From positions 1-56,514 of the forward strand of contig CAXMOB010000359.1 of NCBI GenBank assembly GCA_964194815.1: a stretch of DNA of 56,514 bases, in the 5' to 3' direction. Of the stretch, positions 47,877 through 56,514 are shown in pieces (position 1 is the first letter of the stretch; every line of letters starts with the position of its first letter). The notes below the pieces were generated by a model. That model was not told the origin of the DNA. It did no database searches and was given only the letters and a program-made list of their open reading frames with translations. This DNA is from Vicinamibacteria bacterium. Its GTDB lineage: Bacteria > Verrucomicrobiota > Verrucomicrobiia > Verrucomicrobiales > Akkermansiaceae. The position numbers and the translations under genes are program-made.

Positions 47877-48547
47877 TGGAGAACCTCCCGATCAATAAGA
47901 CCGTCTTTCATGTGGATAACCCTGTGTGCGTAAGCAGCCACGGTGTTGTCATGGGTGACGACCACGATGGTCTTGCCGGCTTGGTGGAGGTTATTGAGAA
48001 TCTTCATTATCTCTAACTCAGTGTGACTATCTAAATTTCCAGTCGGCTCGTCTGCGAGAATCATCAAAGGGTCATTGATCAATGACCTAGCAATTGCGAC
48101 ACGCTGTTGTTGACCTCCAGATAATTGGCTGGGTTTGTGGTCGAGTCGATCTGCTAGACCTACCATGGTAGCTAGTTCAATGGTTTTCTCTTGGTAGTTT
48201 TTTACCGAGACTCGCTGATAGAGAAGGGGGACTTGAATGTTTTCAATAACGGTGAGTTGGGGAATAAGGTTGTAACTTTGAAAAATAAAACCAAGCTTTT
48301 TCCCGCGTGCCGTTGAGAGATCATTATCGCTCATTTGCGACACATCATTACCACCTAGGTGATAGCTACCTAACGAAGGCCTATCCAAGCAACCTAGAAT
48401 GTTAAGCAAGGTTGATTTTCCTGAACCAGAGGGACCCATGATAGCGACAAATGAGCCTTCTTCTATCGTGAGGCTCACTCCCTTGATGGCATGAACGTCT
48501 TGACCCTTTAGTGGGAAGGTTTTAGTGATGTGATCGAGTCGAATCAT
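47873..48547 (-). CDS. ABC transporter ATP-binding protein (MacB/LolD-like)
   Basis: GPSGSGKST, LSGGQQQR, ILADEPTGNLD, VTHD. Confidence 0.95.
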   Translation of the reverse strand: MIRLDHITKTFPLKGQDVHAIKGVSLTIEEGSFVAIMGPSGSGKSTLLNILGCLDRPSLGSYHLGGNDVSQMSDNDLSTARGKKLGFIFQSYNLIPQLTVIENIQVPLLYQRVSVKNYQEKTIELATMVGLADRLDHKPSQLSGGQQQRVAIARSLINDPLMILADEPTGNLDSHTELEIMKILNNLHQAGKTIVVVTHDNTVAAYAHRVIHMKDGLIDREVLQ

Positions 48548-48549
48548 TG

Positions 48550-49989
48550 CTAAGGAGCGGTTAAGAGAATTTCGTCACCTTGCTGAATTCCGTCGAGCAC
48601 CTGTGCGTAACTATTGTTGATGACGCCGAGTTGAACTTCCTTTTTCGTATCGCCACCATCTTTGGTGAAACAGTAGTATTTACCTTTTTCAGTGTAGATA
48701 GATTGAATAGGAATAAGCAGGGTGTCTTTTAATTCATGAGTGATGATCTCAACCTTGGCCGAAACCGATGGTTTAACGTCTGGAAGCGGATCGGTGATTA
48801 ACACCTCAACAAGGTAAAATTTGTCTCCTGTGCTAAACCAAGAATTCTCTTTGTCAGGGACAGCGGAGACGGAAATTACTTTGGCTTTCAATCGGTCGCT
48901 TCTGATCGACTCAATGGTGACGTGGGCTAACTGTCCATTCTTGATTTTGCTGATGTGAAACTCTGGGACCTTGAGACGCACCTTCATCTTACTGAGGTCA
49001 GGAATGACGACGAGTTCTTGATTCTTGGTTACAGTGGCACCTTTCTCTATAGGAGCTTGGTTACTATGGCGACGATTCACTTGCTTATACAAGACCATTC
49101 CAGAGGCAGGAGCTTTGAGTATAACCTTTGAAAGTTTGTCATCTATATCTGCTAGTTGCTCTAGGTTGAGCTTCAGTTTACGTTCGGCAGAGGCTAGAGC
49201 GGCCTTGGACAGGGTGACTTTACTATCACCCTGTTTGATCACACGCTCGTGCTTTTTGATAGCTTCTGTGACCTTTGAATCGAGTTCAGCTTTTTGTTTT
49301 GGGAGGTCGAACTTGATCAAGGTTTGAAGTTTATTCTTAGCTGTTTCGAGAGCTTTGGTCTTGAGGTTTACATCCAGTTTATCGCGGTCTACCTGACTTT
49401 TGGTTTCGAACCCTTGCTGTGCCAGCTTTTCACTCCATCCAAAACGTTGACTTGAGAGCTTATAGGCATCTTCGGCGTTGCTGATATCTGTTTCAGCATT
49501 GCGAAGCTGTTGAGTGTTATCGAATTCTCTAAACTTTTGTAGATCCATTTCTGCAAAAATGATGTCCTTTTTCGCATTACGAATGTCACTATCTGAAGTG
49601 CTCTGATCGATTAGTAAATTGTTCTGTGCTGTTACCTTCGAAGTCTTGCTAGTTTCGATTTCGAGTTCCAACTTTTTACGTGATTCACGCATAGTTTCAG
49701 CGTCGAGTTCAACAATTTTATCACCTTCATTGACAATTGTGCCTTGCGGGGTGATGAAGATAATTTTTGAATTTCCGCTGAGTGGGTTGATGATCGGATA
49801 TTCTCGGACTGCCTTAAGCTCTCCTGATTCGGTGACGGTGACCGTGAGATCGGCACGTGTCACTGTGTGGTAGGCATTGATGTCGAGTGACGTCGTCTCC
49901 GATTGCGTGACTTGATAGCCCCAAATTCCGCCACCTATAGCGAGCAAAGCGACACCGCCGATAGCGATCGTTTTTAGTGTGAGTTGCAT
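48550..49989 (-). CDS. Periplasmic adaptor (membrane fusion protein, MacA-like)
   Basis: N-terminal TM, lipoyl-like halves, long coiled-coil hairpin, LKAPASGMV. Operon context. Confidence 0.85.
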   Translation of the reverse strand: MQLTLKTIAIGGVALLAIGGGIWGYQVTQSETTSLDINAYHTVTRADLTVTVTESGELKAVREYPIINPLSGNSKIIFITPQGTIVNEGDKIVELDAETMRESRKKLELEIETSKTSKVTAQNNLLIDQSTSDSDIRNAKKDIIFAEMDLQKFREFDNTQQLRNAETDISNAEDAYKLSSQRFGWSEKLAQQGFETKSQVDRDKLDVNLKTKALETAKNKLQTLIKFDLPKQKAELDSKVTEAIKKHERVIKQGDSKVTLSKAALASAERKLKLNLEQLADIDDKLSKVILKAPASGMVLYKQVNRRHSNQAPIEKGATVTKNQELVVIPDLSKMKVRLKVPEFHISKIKNGQLAHVTIESIRSDRLKAKVISVSAVPDKENSWFSTGDKFYLVEVLITDPLPDVKPSVSAKVEIITHELKDTLLIPIQSIYTEKGKYYCFTKDGGDTKKEVQLGVINNSYAQVLDGIQQGDEILLTAP

Positions 49990-49990
49990 A

Positions 49991-51625
49991 TTACCTAAGT
50001 TGTTGGGTTGGGTTGGCTTTGAGCCAAAATTGTTTTGTTTCGGTATTTAGAATACCTAGATCGTTGTAGAAATTGAGGCGAGACTGTTGGTAGTCAATAA
50101 GTGCCGCTGTTACCGCATTCTGAGCAGAAATTAGAGCGTCTTGTGATTCACTAAGTCGACGGAAGATAAGTGTACCAGCTTTCAACCTCAGCTCATTTCC
50201 TACGACGCGTCGTTCGGCTAGTTTGACGGCACCTTGTTGGATCTCGTAGTTCTGTTTAAATTGGTTGATTTCACGAAGACGAAGTTTGATTTGGTTATCC
50301 AGTGAATCGTATGAACGGCTCAGCGAGCGAATGCCAGCTTGGAATCGTATGAGAGAGGTCCTGTAGGCATTACGTTGAGTTCGGCGATTGATGGGGAGGT
50401 TTAACTCGACCCCAACGGATGTGTTCAGGTCGTTGAGATCGAACTGGTCAAACTTACTGTCACGACTGCCTAATGAGGCATCCGCAACGAAGTCAATCTG
50501 TGTTTTTAGGGCGTCGGCAGTGACCACGACTTGGCGCTTTGTGTCGTCGAAACGATCGATATCATTCATCAGCTGTAGCCGATTCTTTAGTGCGATGTTA
50601 AATGCTTGTTTCGCGCTAAGGTTGACACTTTGTAGACCCGCTTGACGTAGCTTGTTAAGTTCGTTGGAATCGAGTTTAAGAATCGTGCCTGCAGGAATTC
50701 CTAGGGTGATTTTAAAATTGTCGAGCGACGATTGGAAACGCGATTTCGCGTTGATCCATCGTGTTTTAGCCTGTAGCTCTCCTTGCTTTGAGTCGCTCAC
50801 CTCTTGTGGAGAGGCGCGGTCGACTGAACGAGCTTTGAGGTATTTAGTGTTTTGTTGACGGGAGAGGTAGTTGTTATGCTCGTTTTTTACCTGTTCTTGT
50901 TGTTGGAGTAGGCGTAGATAATCGAGCACGATATCTGATTGGAATTCATCTTGGAAGGTGGAGAAGTTACGGATGGCATAGACAACATTGCGTGATGATT
51001 GAGTGAGGTTTTCACTAGCAATGTCGGAGCCGGAGCCACGTAGCAATGGTCGGACAATATTAGCTGAAATAACGGAAGTGGCTGAAGTGCGTGGATCGCC
51101 ACTGAAGAAGCGGAATAGGTCGTTTGCTAATGAGAGGGAAAAGGCACCACCAGCGAGAAGGCTGCGATTGAGCTGTCCTGAGAAACCTGTCGATGATGGC
51201 ACATCACCATTACCGTCAGCAGCGACACTGGTGTCGATACTTCCTGTAAGCTGAGTGCGGAAGGTATTTTCCGTATTGGACAGAGCTAGTGCCGCTAAGT
51301 AGAGGCGTTCTTTTTCTGATTGGAATTCTCTGCTTTGATTGACTGCTATATCGAGGGCTTGGTCGACCGTAATGGTGAGCTTCCCTTTGGACTGACTTTC
51401 CTTGAGCAGTTTGTTGGCTGTGAGGGCACTCGGTGGGAGAGAGGAATACTTGGTATCGATAGAAAAATTAGATGATTTGCCAAAGACGTGCTTCTCTGAG
51501 CGCTTGAGGATGGCGTAGATTTCCTTGTCGGCTTTTTGCTCATGGTAGCTGGGTGAGCAGCTAGCAAGGTAAAGTAGGTAAAGAATGGTGAGTGGATATC
51601 TCATCATGTGACTAGCGGTTTGCAT
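49991..51625 (-). CDS. TolC-family outer-membrane efflux lipoprotein
   Basis: Lipobox-like LASC, TolC-type helical repeats, VGVELNLPI. First gene of the efflux operon; exact start uncertain. Confidence 0.8.
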   Translation of the reverse strand: MQTASHMMRYPLTILYLLYLASCSPSYHEQKADKEIYAILKRSEKHVFGKSSNFSIDTKYSSLPPSALTANKLLKESQSKGKLTITVDQALDIAVNQSREFQSEKERLYLAALALSNTENTFRTQLTGSIDTSVAADGNGDVPSSTGFSGQLNRSLLAGGAFSLSLANDLFRFFSGDPRTSATSVISANIVRPLLRGSGSDIASENLTQSSRNVVYAIRNFSTFQDEFQSDIVLDYLRLLQQQEQVKNEHNNYLSRQQNTKYLKARSVDRASPQEVSDSKQGELQAKTRWINAKSRFQSSLDNFKITLGIPAGTILKLDSNELNKLRQAGLQSVNLSAKQAFNIALKNRLQLMNDIDRFDDTKRQVVVTADALKTQIDFVADASLGSRDSKFDQFDLNDLNTSVGVELNLPINRRTQRNAYRTSLIRFQAGIRSLSRSYDSLDNQIKLRLREINQFKQNYEIQQGAVKLAERRVVGNELRLKAGTLIFRRLSESQDALISAQNAVTAALIDYQQSRLNFYNDLGILNTETKQFWLKANPTQQLR

Positions 51626-51851
51626 GTGGATGCTTGTTTTTAAGCCTGTAGATCATTTGTTTTATTATTGACCATACTATACCTTCTCACCACTTTCGGC
51701 AACTAATGTTACGACGATGTCGGAGAATTATTCACTAGCGATGAATTTAGGGAGTGGTTAAATTACCTATAACGCTTGAAGTATTTGGTATGACAGATGC
51801 GGCAAAAAGGCTTTTCAATACAGTCAGAAGCCGCTTTACTCATGGTGATTT

Positions 51852-53813
51852 ATGAAAGTCATCCAAGTAACAGCAGCGTGTGTCAATCAGATCCCTATGG
51901 ATTGGGCTGGTAATGTAGCCAGACTTCGTTCTGCCATTGAAGCTGCGGCAGAGTCTGGCACCCATGTGCTATGTTTGCCTGAGCTAGCTATCACGGGCTA
52001 TGGTTGCGAAGACATGTTTCTTGCTCCAGATACGTGTCAGCGTGCTGAGGGTGGCTTATCTGCCTTGTTGGATGTAGCTCCTGATATGGTAGTGGCTGTG
52101 GGATTGCCTTGGCGTCATCAAAATACGGTTTTCGATGTGGCTGCGGTGATTCATCAAGGGCGAATCTTAGGGCTTTATGCAAAGCAAAACCTGGCAGGTG
52201 ATGGCGTTCATTATGAACCTAGGTGGTTTAGCCCATGGCCAGCTGGCGTGACTGGTGAAACCACTATTTGTGGTCAAACTGTGGCGATAGGCGATGTTTT
52301 ATTTGAGGTCGGCGGAGTGACTATAGGGGTAGAAATTTGTGAAGATGCATGGGTGGCGGATCGGCCAGGTTCTGCGATCAGTGAGCACGGAGCTGAATTG
52401 ATACTCAATCCTAGTGCCAGCCATTTTGCCTTCGGTAAACAGAAAATACGCGAGCGATTTGTCATTGAAGGATCAAGGGCGTTTGGGGTCGGCTATGTGT
52501 ATGCAAATTTATTAGGAAACGAGTCAGGGAGAATCGTGTTTGATGGTGGAGCGATGATTGCGAACTGTGGTGATTTATTGGCGACAGAAAATCGCTTTAG
52601 TTACGAAGATTTCACCCTGATTTCAGCTCATATCGATATTGAGCTAAGCCAGACCAAGCAAGCTGTATCTGCTTCAAGAGTTGTTGGCGTGACGGGTCAT
52701 GATGGAGCACTGCACTCAGATTTTGATTGGGCGTATGCGGAGAATATGCCGACCGAGGCGATCGAGAGAAAGCTTTGGTGTAAAGAGGAGGAGTTTTCTC
52801 GCACGGTGGCCTTGGCCTTATTTGATTATATGAGGAAGAGTTACTCACGTGGCTTTGTGCTTTCTTTAAGTGGTGGTGCTGACTCTTCTGCGATTGCCTG
52901 TTTAGTGAAACTGGCCTTGAACTTTGCGATTACTGAATTAGGAGAGGATGGAGTACGGAAGAAGTTAGCGTATTTTAATTTGCCAGAGGATTCATCTCAG
53001 TGGATGAGGTTGATGTTAGTTTGCGTTTATCAAGCGTCTGAGAATAGTGGGGGAGCCACTGAGCATTCGGCACAGTCGTTAGCCGAGTCGGTCGGGGCTG
53101 AATATCAGCGATGGGATATTTCTCAATTGGTCGATGGCTATACCACGATGGTGAGTGCTGGCGTCGGCCGTGAGTTGACGTGGCAGACTGATGACATCAC
53201 CTTGCAAAATATCCAGGCGCGTGTGCGTGCTCCGGGGATCTGGATGCTGACAAATATCCGTGGAGGTCTGTTGTTATCTACTTCGAACCGATCAGAGGCT
53301 GCGGTTGGTTACGCAACGATGGATGGTGATACCTGTGGTGGTGTTAGCCCGATTGCAGGAATTGATAAAGCCTTTTTACGTCACTGGTTACGGTGGTTAG
53401 AAACGTCCGCCATGGAAGGGATTGAGAAGATCCCAGCATTGGTGGCGGTGAATGCCTTGCATCCCACTGCAGAACTTCGTCCCGAAGAATATGATCAGAC
53501 TGATGAGAGCGATTTGATGCCTTATCCGTTATTGGATGCGATCGAAAAAGCGGCAATTCGTGATAAGCGTAGCCCCTTAGATTGTTACAAAATCGTGTGC
53601 CATCAATTTAGTGATTACGGGAAAGAACAATTAAAACTCTGGGTAATCCGATTCTTCAAGCTATGGGCACGCAATCAATGGAAGCGTGAACGCTATGCTC
53701 CCTCGTTCCACCTTGATGACGAGAATTTGGATCCGAAGACGTGGTGTCGATTTCCAATTCTTTCCAGTGGCTTTACCAAAGAATTGGCAGAGTTAGAGGC
53801 GTACAATGGATGA
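51852..53813 (+). CDS. nadE: Glutamine-dependent NAD+ synthetase
   Basis: Nitrilase-type domain (LPELAITGYGCED, EICED) plus synthetase domain (SLSGGADSS, QNIQARVR, PTAEL, QTDE, NQWKRER). Confidence 0.95.
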   Translation: MKVIQVTAACVNQIPMDWAGNVARLRSAIEAAAESGTHVLCLPELAITGYGCEDMFLAPDTCQRAEGGLSALLDVAPDMVVAVGLPWRHQNTVFDVAAVIHQGRILGLYAKQNLAGDGVHYEPRWFSPWPAGVTGETTICGQTVAIGDVLFEVGGVTIGVEICEDAWVADRPGSAISEHGAELILNPSASHFAFGKQKIRERFVIEGSRAFGVGYVYANLLGNESGRIVFDGGAMIANCGDLLATENRFSYEDFTLISAHIDIELSQTKQAVSASRVVGVTGHDGALHSDFDWAYAENMPTEAIERKLWCKEEEFSRTVALALFDYMRKSYSRGFVLSLSGGADSSAIACLVKLALNFAITELGEDGVRKKLAYFNLPEDSSQWMRLMLVCVYQASENSGGATEHSAQSLAESVGAEYQRWDISQLVDGYTTMVSAGVGRELTWQTDDITLQNIQARVRAPGIWMLTNIRGGLLLSTSNRSEAAVGYATMDGDTCGGVSPIAGIDKAFLRHWLRWLETSAMEGIEKIPALVAVNALHPTAELRPEEYDQTDESDLMPYPLLDAIEKAAIRDKRSPLDCYKIVCHQFSDYGKEQLKLWVIRFFKLWARNQWKRERYAPSFHLDDENLDPKTWCRFPILSSGFTKELAELEAYNG

Positions 53814-53826
53814 TTGTAGACTGGGC

Positions 53827-54744
53827 TTATGGCTTTATGAGCAGCTTTTCCTTCGTCGCTTCCAGTCGGCTAATGAACTTCTCAGGTTGCCGTTTTGCTC
53901 CTTGTAGGCAGCCCCCACAACACATGTAGTAACGCTGCCCCTTGAACTCGATTCTGTATTTTAGCACTGATATTTCAGTTGGACTGATGGGACAATAGCC
54001 GAGGAACGGTTTCTGTTTTTCTTTCTGATTGAGTAGTTGATTGGCGATAGCAGAGGCGTCTGTGTTTGGCCATAGTTTGATGAATTTTTTAATGGCATCT
54101 TTCTTCTGCTGAATGGGTTTGTGTTTCAGAATTTCTTTCCATTGGGTGTATTCATCGGTTGCTCTCAGGTTGAGCTTAGCGAAAAGTGCTTTACCCTCAA
54201 TTACTCCAGCTCCACCATGACTGAAGGCGAAGATGCAAAGTCGTTGAGCTGCAGTTGAGTAGTCACCATTGTTGAAAAGACGTTTGCCGTCAGCTAACCG
54301 AAGTTTAGCCAGTTTGTCCCATTGTGATTGATGATGCTTAACATTGCTGACAGCTTTAAACATCTCATCACAATCCTGTAGGTGATTTTTAATGGGGTTT
54401 CTATGTATATTACAAAGGCATGCTTCGAGGTAGCGTAGCTCATAGTGCTTTTTGATGATATCTTCATCTTTATGGCCACTAGCAATAGCTAGATAGATTA
54501 TTTTCTTCTCCTGAATCAACCTGCGAACCTTGTCTTGAATCACTCTATTGGGGATATCATAGCTGATGAGAACGGGGAGGTCCTCTTTTTTAGCTGCAGC
54601 AAAAGCTTCTTCTAGGGATGGTGCTGAGAGTGGCATCTCCAAACTTGGAGACGGTAGCGGAGTATTCCCTCATCAGGTAGAGTCTTGGGCTGGGAGCTGA
54701 GTGAGTGATAGAATAAAGACTGTGAATGTCAGAAAGAAACTCAT
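53827..54744 (-). CDS. Exported protein with putative tandem Sec-Sec (U24-U25), thioredoxin-like segment and C-terminal YHS/TRASH metal-binding domain (305 aa)
   Basis: ATG 54744 is in frame with track ORF 53827-54642 and encodes a signal peptide: MSFFLTFTVFILSLTQLPA-QDST-TGA-TGA-GNTPLPSPSLEM. C-terminus CPIS...YYMCCGGC...PEKF. A SECIS-like hairpin follows the TGAs. Confidence 0.7.
54634..54653 (-). promoter_or_regulatory. Candidate SECIS element after tandem TGA-TGA
   Basis: CGTCTCCA-AGTT-TGGAGATG. Loop begins 25 nt after the second TGA and 28 nt after the first. Same AGTT loop as the UxxC gene. Confidence 0.65.
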
Positions 54745-54846
54745 AAACTAAGGTGATTTAACGGATGGGATCAAGTATTTGAAGGGATCTACAGCTAGAG
54801 GGCTTGAAAATCCTCGTGGTAGAACTAGAAATATGTCTACTGCAAA

Positions 54847-55146
54847 TTAATTACAATCCATGATCATCACCTTATCCCACCATTCTTTGTGGTTGGCGAT
54901 GAACTCCAGGTGATCTGGGTGTACTTGGTATTGATCGTGGTCAGCGATGGAGTCGAATGTTGAATAAGCACAATAGCTGTAGCTGTCTTCGATCACAGGA
55001 CGCTTCGGAGTAGGAGCTGGCTTTCCCCAGCCTGCAGCGGCAATGTGTGAGACCTTTGAAAGCTTATCGAGTGCTTTTTCAAATATTGCGAGGTCTTGAT
55101 CGTTCTGACGCTCTTCCTTTAACCAAAAATAGACGTGGTGTTGCAT
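54847..55146 (-). CDS. Dabb family (stress-responsive A/B barrel) protein
   Basis: HHVYFWLK and FDSIADHDQYQVHPDH. Confidence 0.88.
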   Translation of the reverse strand: MQHHVYFWLKEERQNDQDLAIFEKALDKLSKVSHIAAAGWGKPAPTPKRPVIEDSYSYCAYSTFDSIADHDQYQVHPDHLEFIANHKEWWDKVMIMDCN

Positions 55147-55327
55147 GGAAGAATGTTTAGGCGGCGATAGATTGTGAGGGAAGGAAAAAGTTTATCCACT
55201 GTCAATCATTTCACTTGCAAGGTGGGTCACGAGTGACTATCACTTGCGTGCTCTTCTGGCGAGGCTGGGTTACATACATTGATTTAGTGCGCTAGAAGTG
55301 GCGGCAGCAATTTAACTAATTTTTATT

Positions 55328-56494
55328 ATGGATAGTATCTCATCACGCATCGCACAGATTTCCCCATCGCTCACTCTTACCATCACCAATCAAGCTAAGG
55401 CTATGAAAGCTCGTGGTGAAGAAGTTTACGGATTAGCAGGTGGAGAGCCAGAAATGGACACTCCGCAGTTTATTAAAGACGCTGCTATTAAAGCACTTAC
55501 AGACGGTAAGACCAAGTACACAGCAGCAGCTGGTATCCCAGAACTTCGTGAAGCCATCGCTGAGAAGCTTCAGAAGCAAAATGATATCACTTACGATCCA
55601 AGCCAAGTGGTCGTTAACTCAGGTGCTAAGCACTCATGCATGAATGCTATCCTCGCAGTCGTTGAAGAAGGTGACGAAGTGATCATTCCTGCTCCATTCT
55701 GGGTCAGCTATCCTGAAATGGTACGTATCGCTGGTGGTATTCCAGTGATCGTTGAAACTAAGGAAGAAAATGGCTGGAAGCTCACTCCTGAAGAGTTCGA
55801 AGAGAATATGACTGGTCGCACCAAGATGATCATCTTGAACACTCCGGGTAACCCAACGGGTGCAGTTTACACAGCTGATGAGCTTCGTGGACTCGGTGAA
55901 ATAGCACTTCTCGAAGACATCATCATCATGTCAGATGAAATTTACGAAAAGCTCGTGTATGGAGAAACTAAGCACACAAGCATTGCGTCATTGAGCAAGG
56001 AACTTTACGACCTCACCATTACTATCGGCGGATTCTCTAAGGCATATTCCATGACAGGTTGGAGAATCGGCTACATCGCTGCTCCTAAAGAAATCGCTAA
56101 GGCAATTTCAACTATCCAGGGTCACACGACTTCTAACGCGTGTTCATTCGCTCAATATGGTGCAGTTGCTGCATTAACTGAGAAGAGCACATTTGTTGAT
56201 GATCTTCGTGCTGAATACGACATGCGTCGTCAATTCATGTTTGCACGTCTTTCTGAAATTTCCAACATCTCAGTGGTTGAGCCACAGGGAGCGTTCTACT
56301 TCTTCGTGAATGCAGCTCCAATGGGCCTCAAGTCAGTGAACCTTTGTGATAAGCTTCTCAACCGTTACAAGGTAGCAACTGTTCCTGGTATCGCGTTTGG
56401 TAATGACAGTGCCCTACGTATTAGTTACTGCACAACACTTGACGTGCTCAACGAAGGCCTTTCACGCTTCGAAGACTTTTGTAAGTCACACTAA
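55328..56494 (+). CDS. aspC: Pyridoxal-phosphate class I aminotransferase (aspartate aminotransferase type)
   Basis: GEP, KYTAAAGIPELR, NTPGNPTG, SDEIYE, GFSKAYSMTGWRIG, PQGAFY. Confidence 0.88.
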   Translation: MDSISSRIAQISPSLTLTITNQAKAMKARGEEVYGLAGGEPEMDTPQFIKDAAIKALTDGKTKYTAAAGIPELREAIAEKLQKQNDITYDPSQVVVNSGAKHSCMNAILAVVEEGDEVIIPAPFWVSYPEMVRIAGGIPVIVETKEENGWKLTPEEFEENMTGRTKMIILNTPGNPTGAVYTADELRGLGEIALLEDIIIMSDEIYEKLVYGETKHTSIASLSKELYDLTITIGGFSKAYSMTGWRIGYIAAPKEIAKAISTIQGHTTSNACSFAQYGAVAALTEKSTFVDDLRAEYDMRRQFMFARLSEISNISVVEPQGAFYFFVNAAPMGLKSVNLCDKLLNRYKVATVPGIAFGNDSALRISYCTTLDVLNEGLSRFEDFCKSH

Positions 56495-56514
56495 TTGATT
56501 GGGAATGATTTTTC

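Noticed and set aside
1-56514. Genome-wide reassignment of TGA (Trp or Gly; codes 4/25) as the explanation for in-frame TGAs
   Set aside because: Complete conserved genes end at TGA at their expected C-termini (dusB, lepA, gpsA, nadE), and long genes contain no internal TGA. The internal TGAs in selD and the Trx gene fall on Cys-equivalent sites.
1-56514. CRISPR array, rRNA, tRNA-Sec, integrase or transposase
   Set aside because: None recognised in the window by eye. The numerous short antisense ORFs inside housekeeping genes were treated as shadows.

Overview
Bacterial chromosome segment, about 45 CDSs plus tRNA-Leu(TAA). Gene content and protein style suggest Verrucomicrobiota, possibly a marine Rubritalea-like lineage (inference, no search run). 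Most of it is housekeeping: dusB, purM, purF, nspC, lepA, a kdsB-pyrG-ridA-ppi-plsY-gpsA-rex-lptF/G run, argG, tyrS, mrp/apbC, ruvC, a MacAB-TolC-type exporter, nadE and an aspartate aminotransferase. Two things stand out. (1) The ORF track breaks three genes at in-frame TGA codons that look like selenocysteine (Sec, U): selD (CGG-U-ASK), an exported thioredoxin-fold protein (W-U-GSC), and an exported YHS/TRASH-domain protein whose signal peptide is followed by two consecutive in-frame TGA codons (QDST-U-U-G). Each is followed at SECIS-compatible distance by a hairpin with an AG(G/T)T motif at its apex. The tandem Sec-Sec candidate (53827-54744, minus strand) is the most novel signal. (2) An accessory oxidative cluster after purF encodes a duplicated His-motif protein, a DyP peroxidase, an atypical cytochrome P450 with no redox partner, an ABA4/DUF4281 membrane protein and a class-3 lipase, with a convergent flavin amine/amino-acid oxidase. 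It could be a peroxide-driven lipid/oxylipin-modifying pathway. selA, selB and selC are not in this window, so Sec decoding is inferred, not proven.
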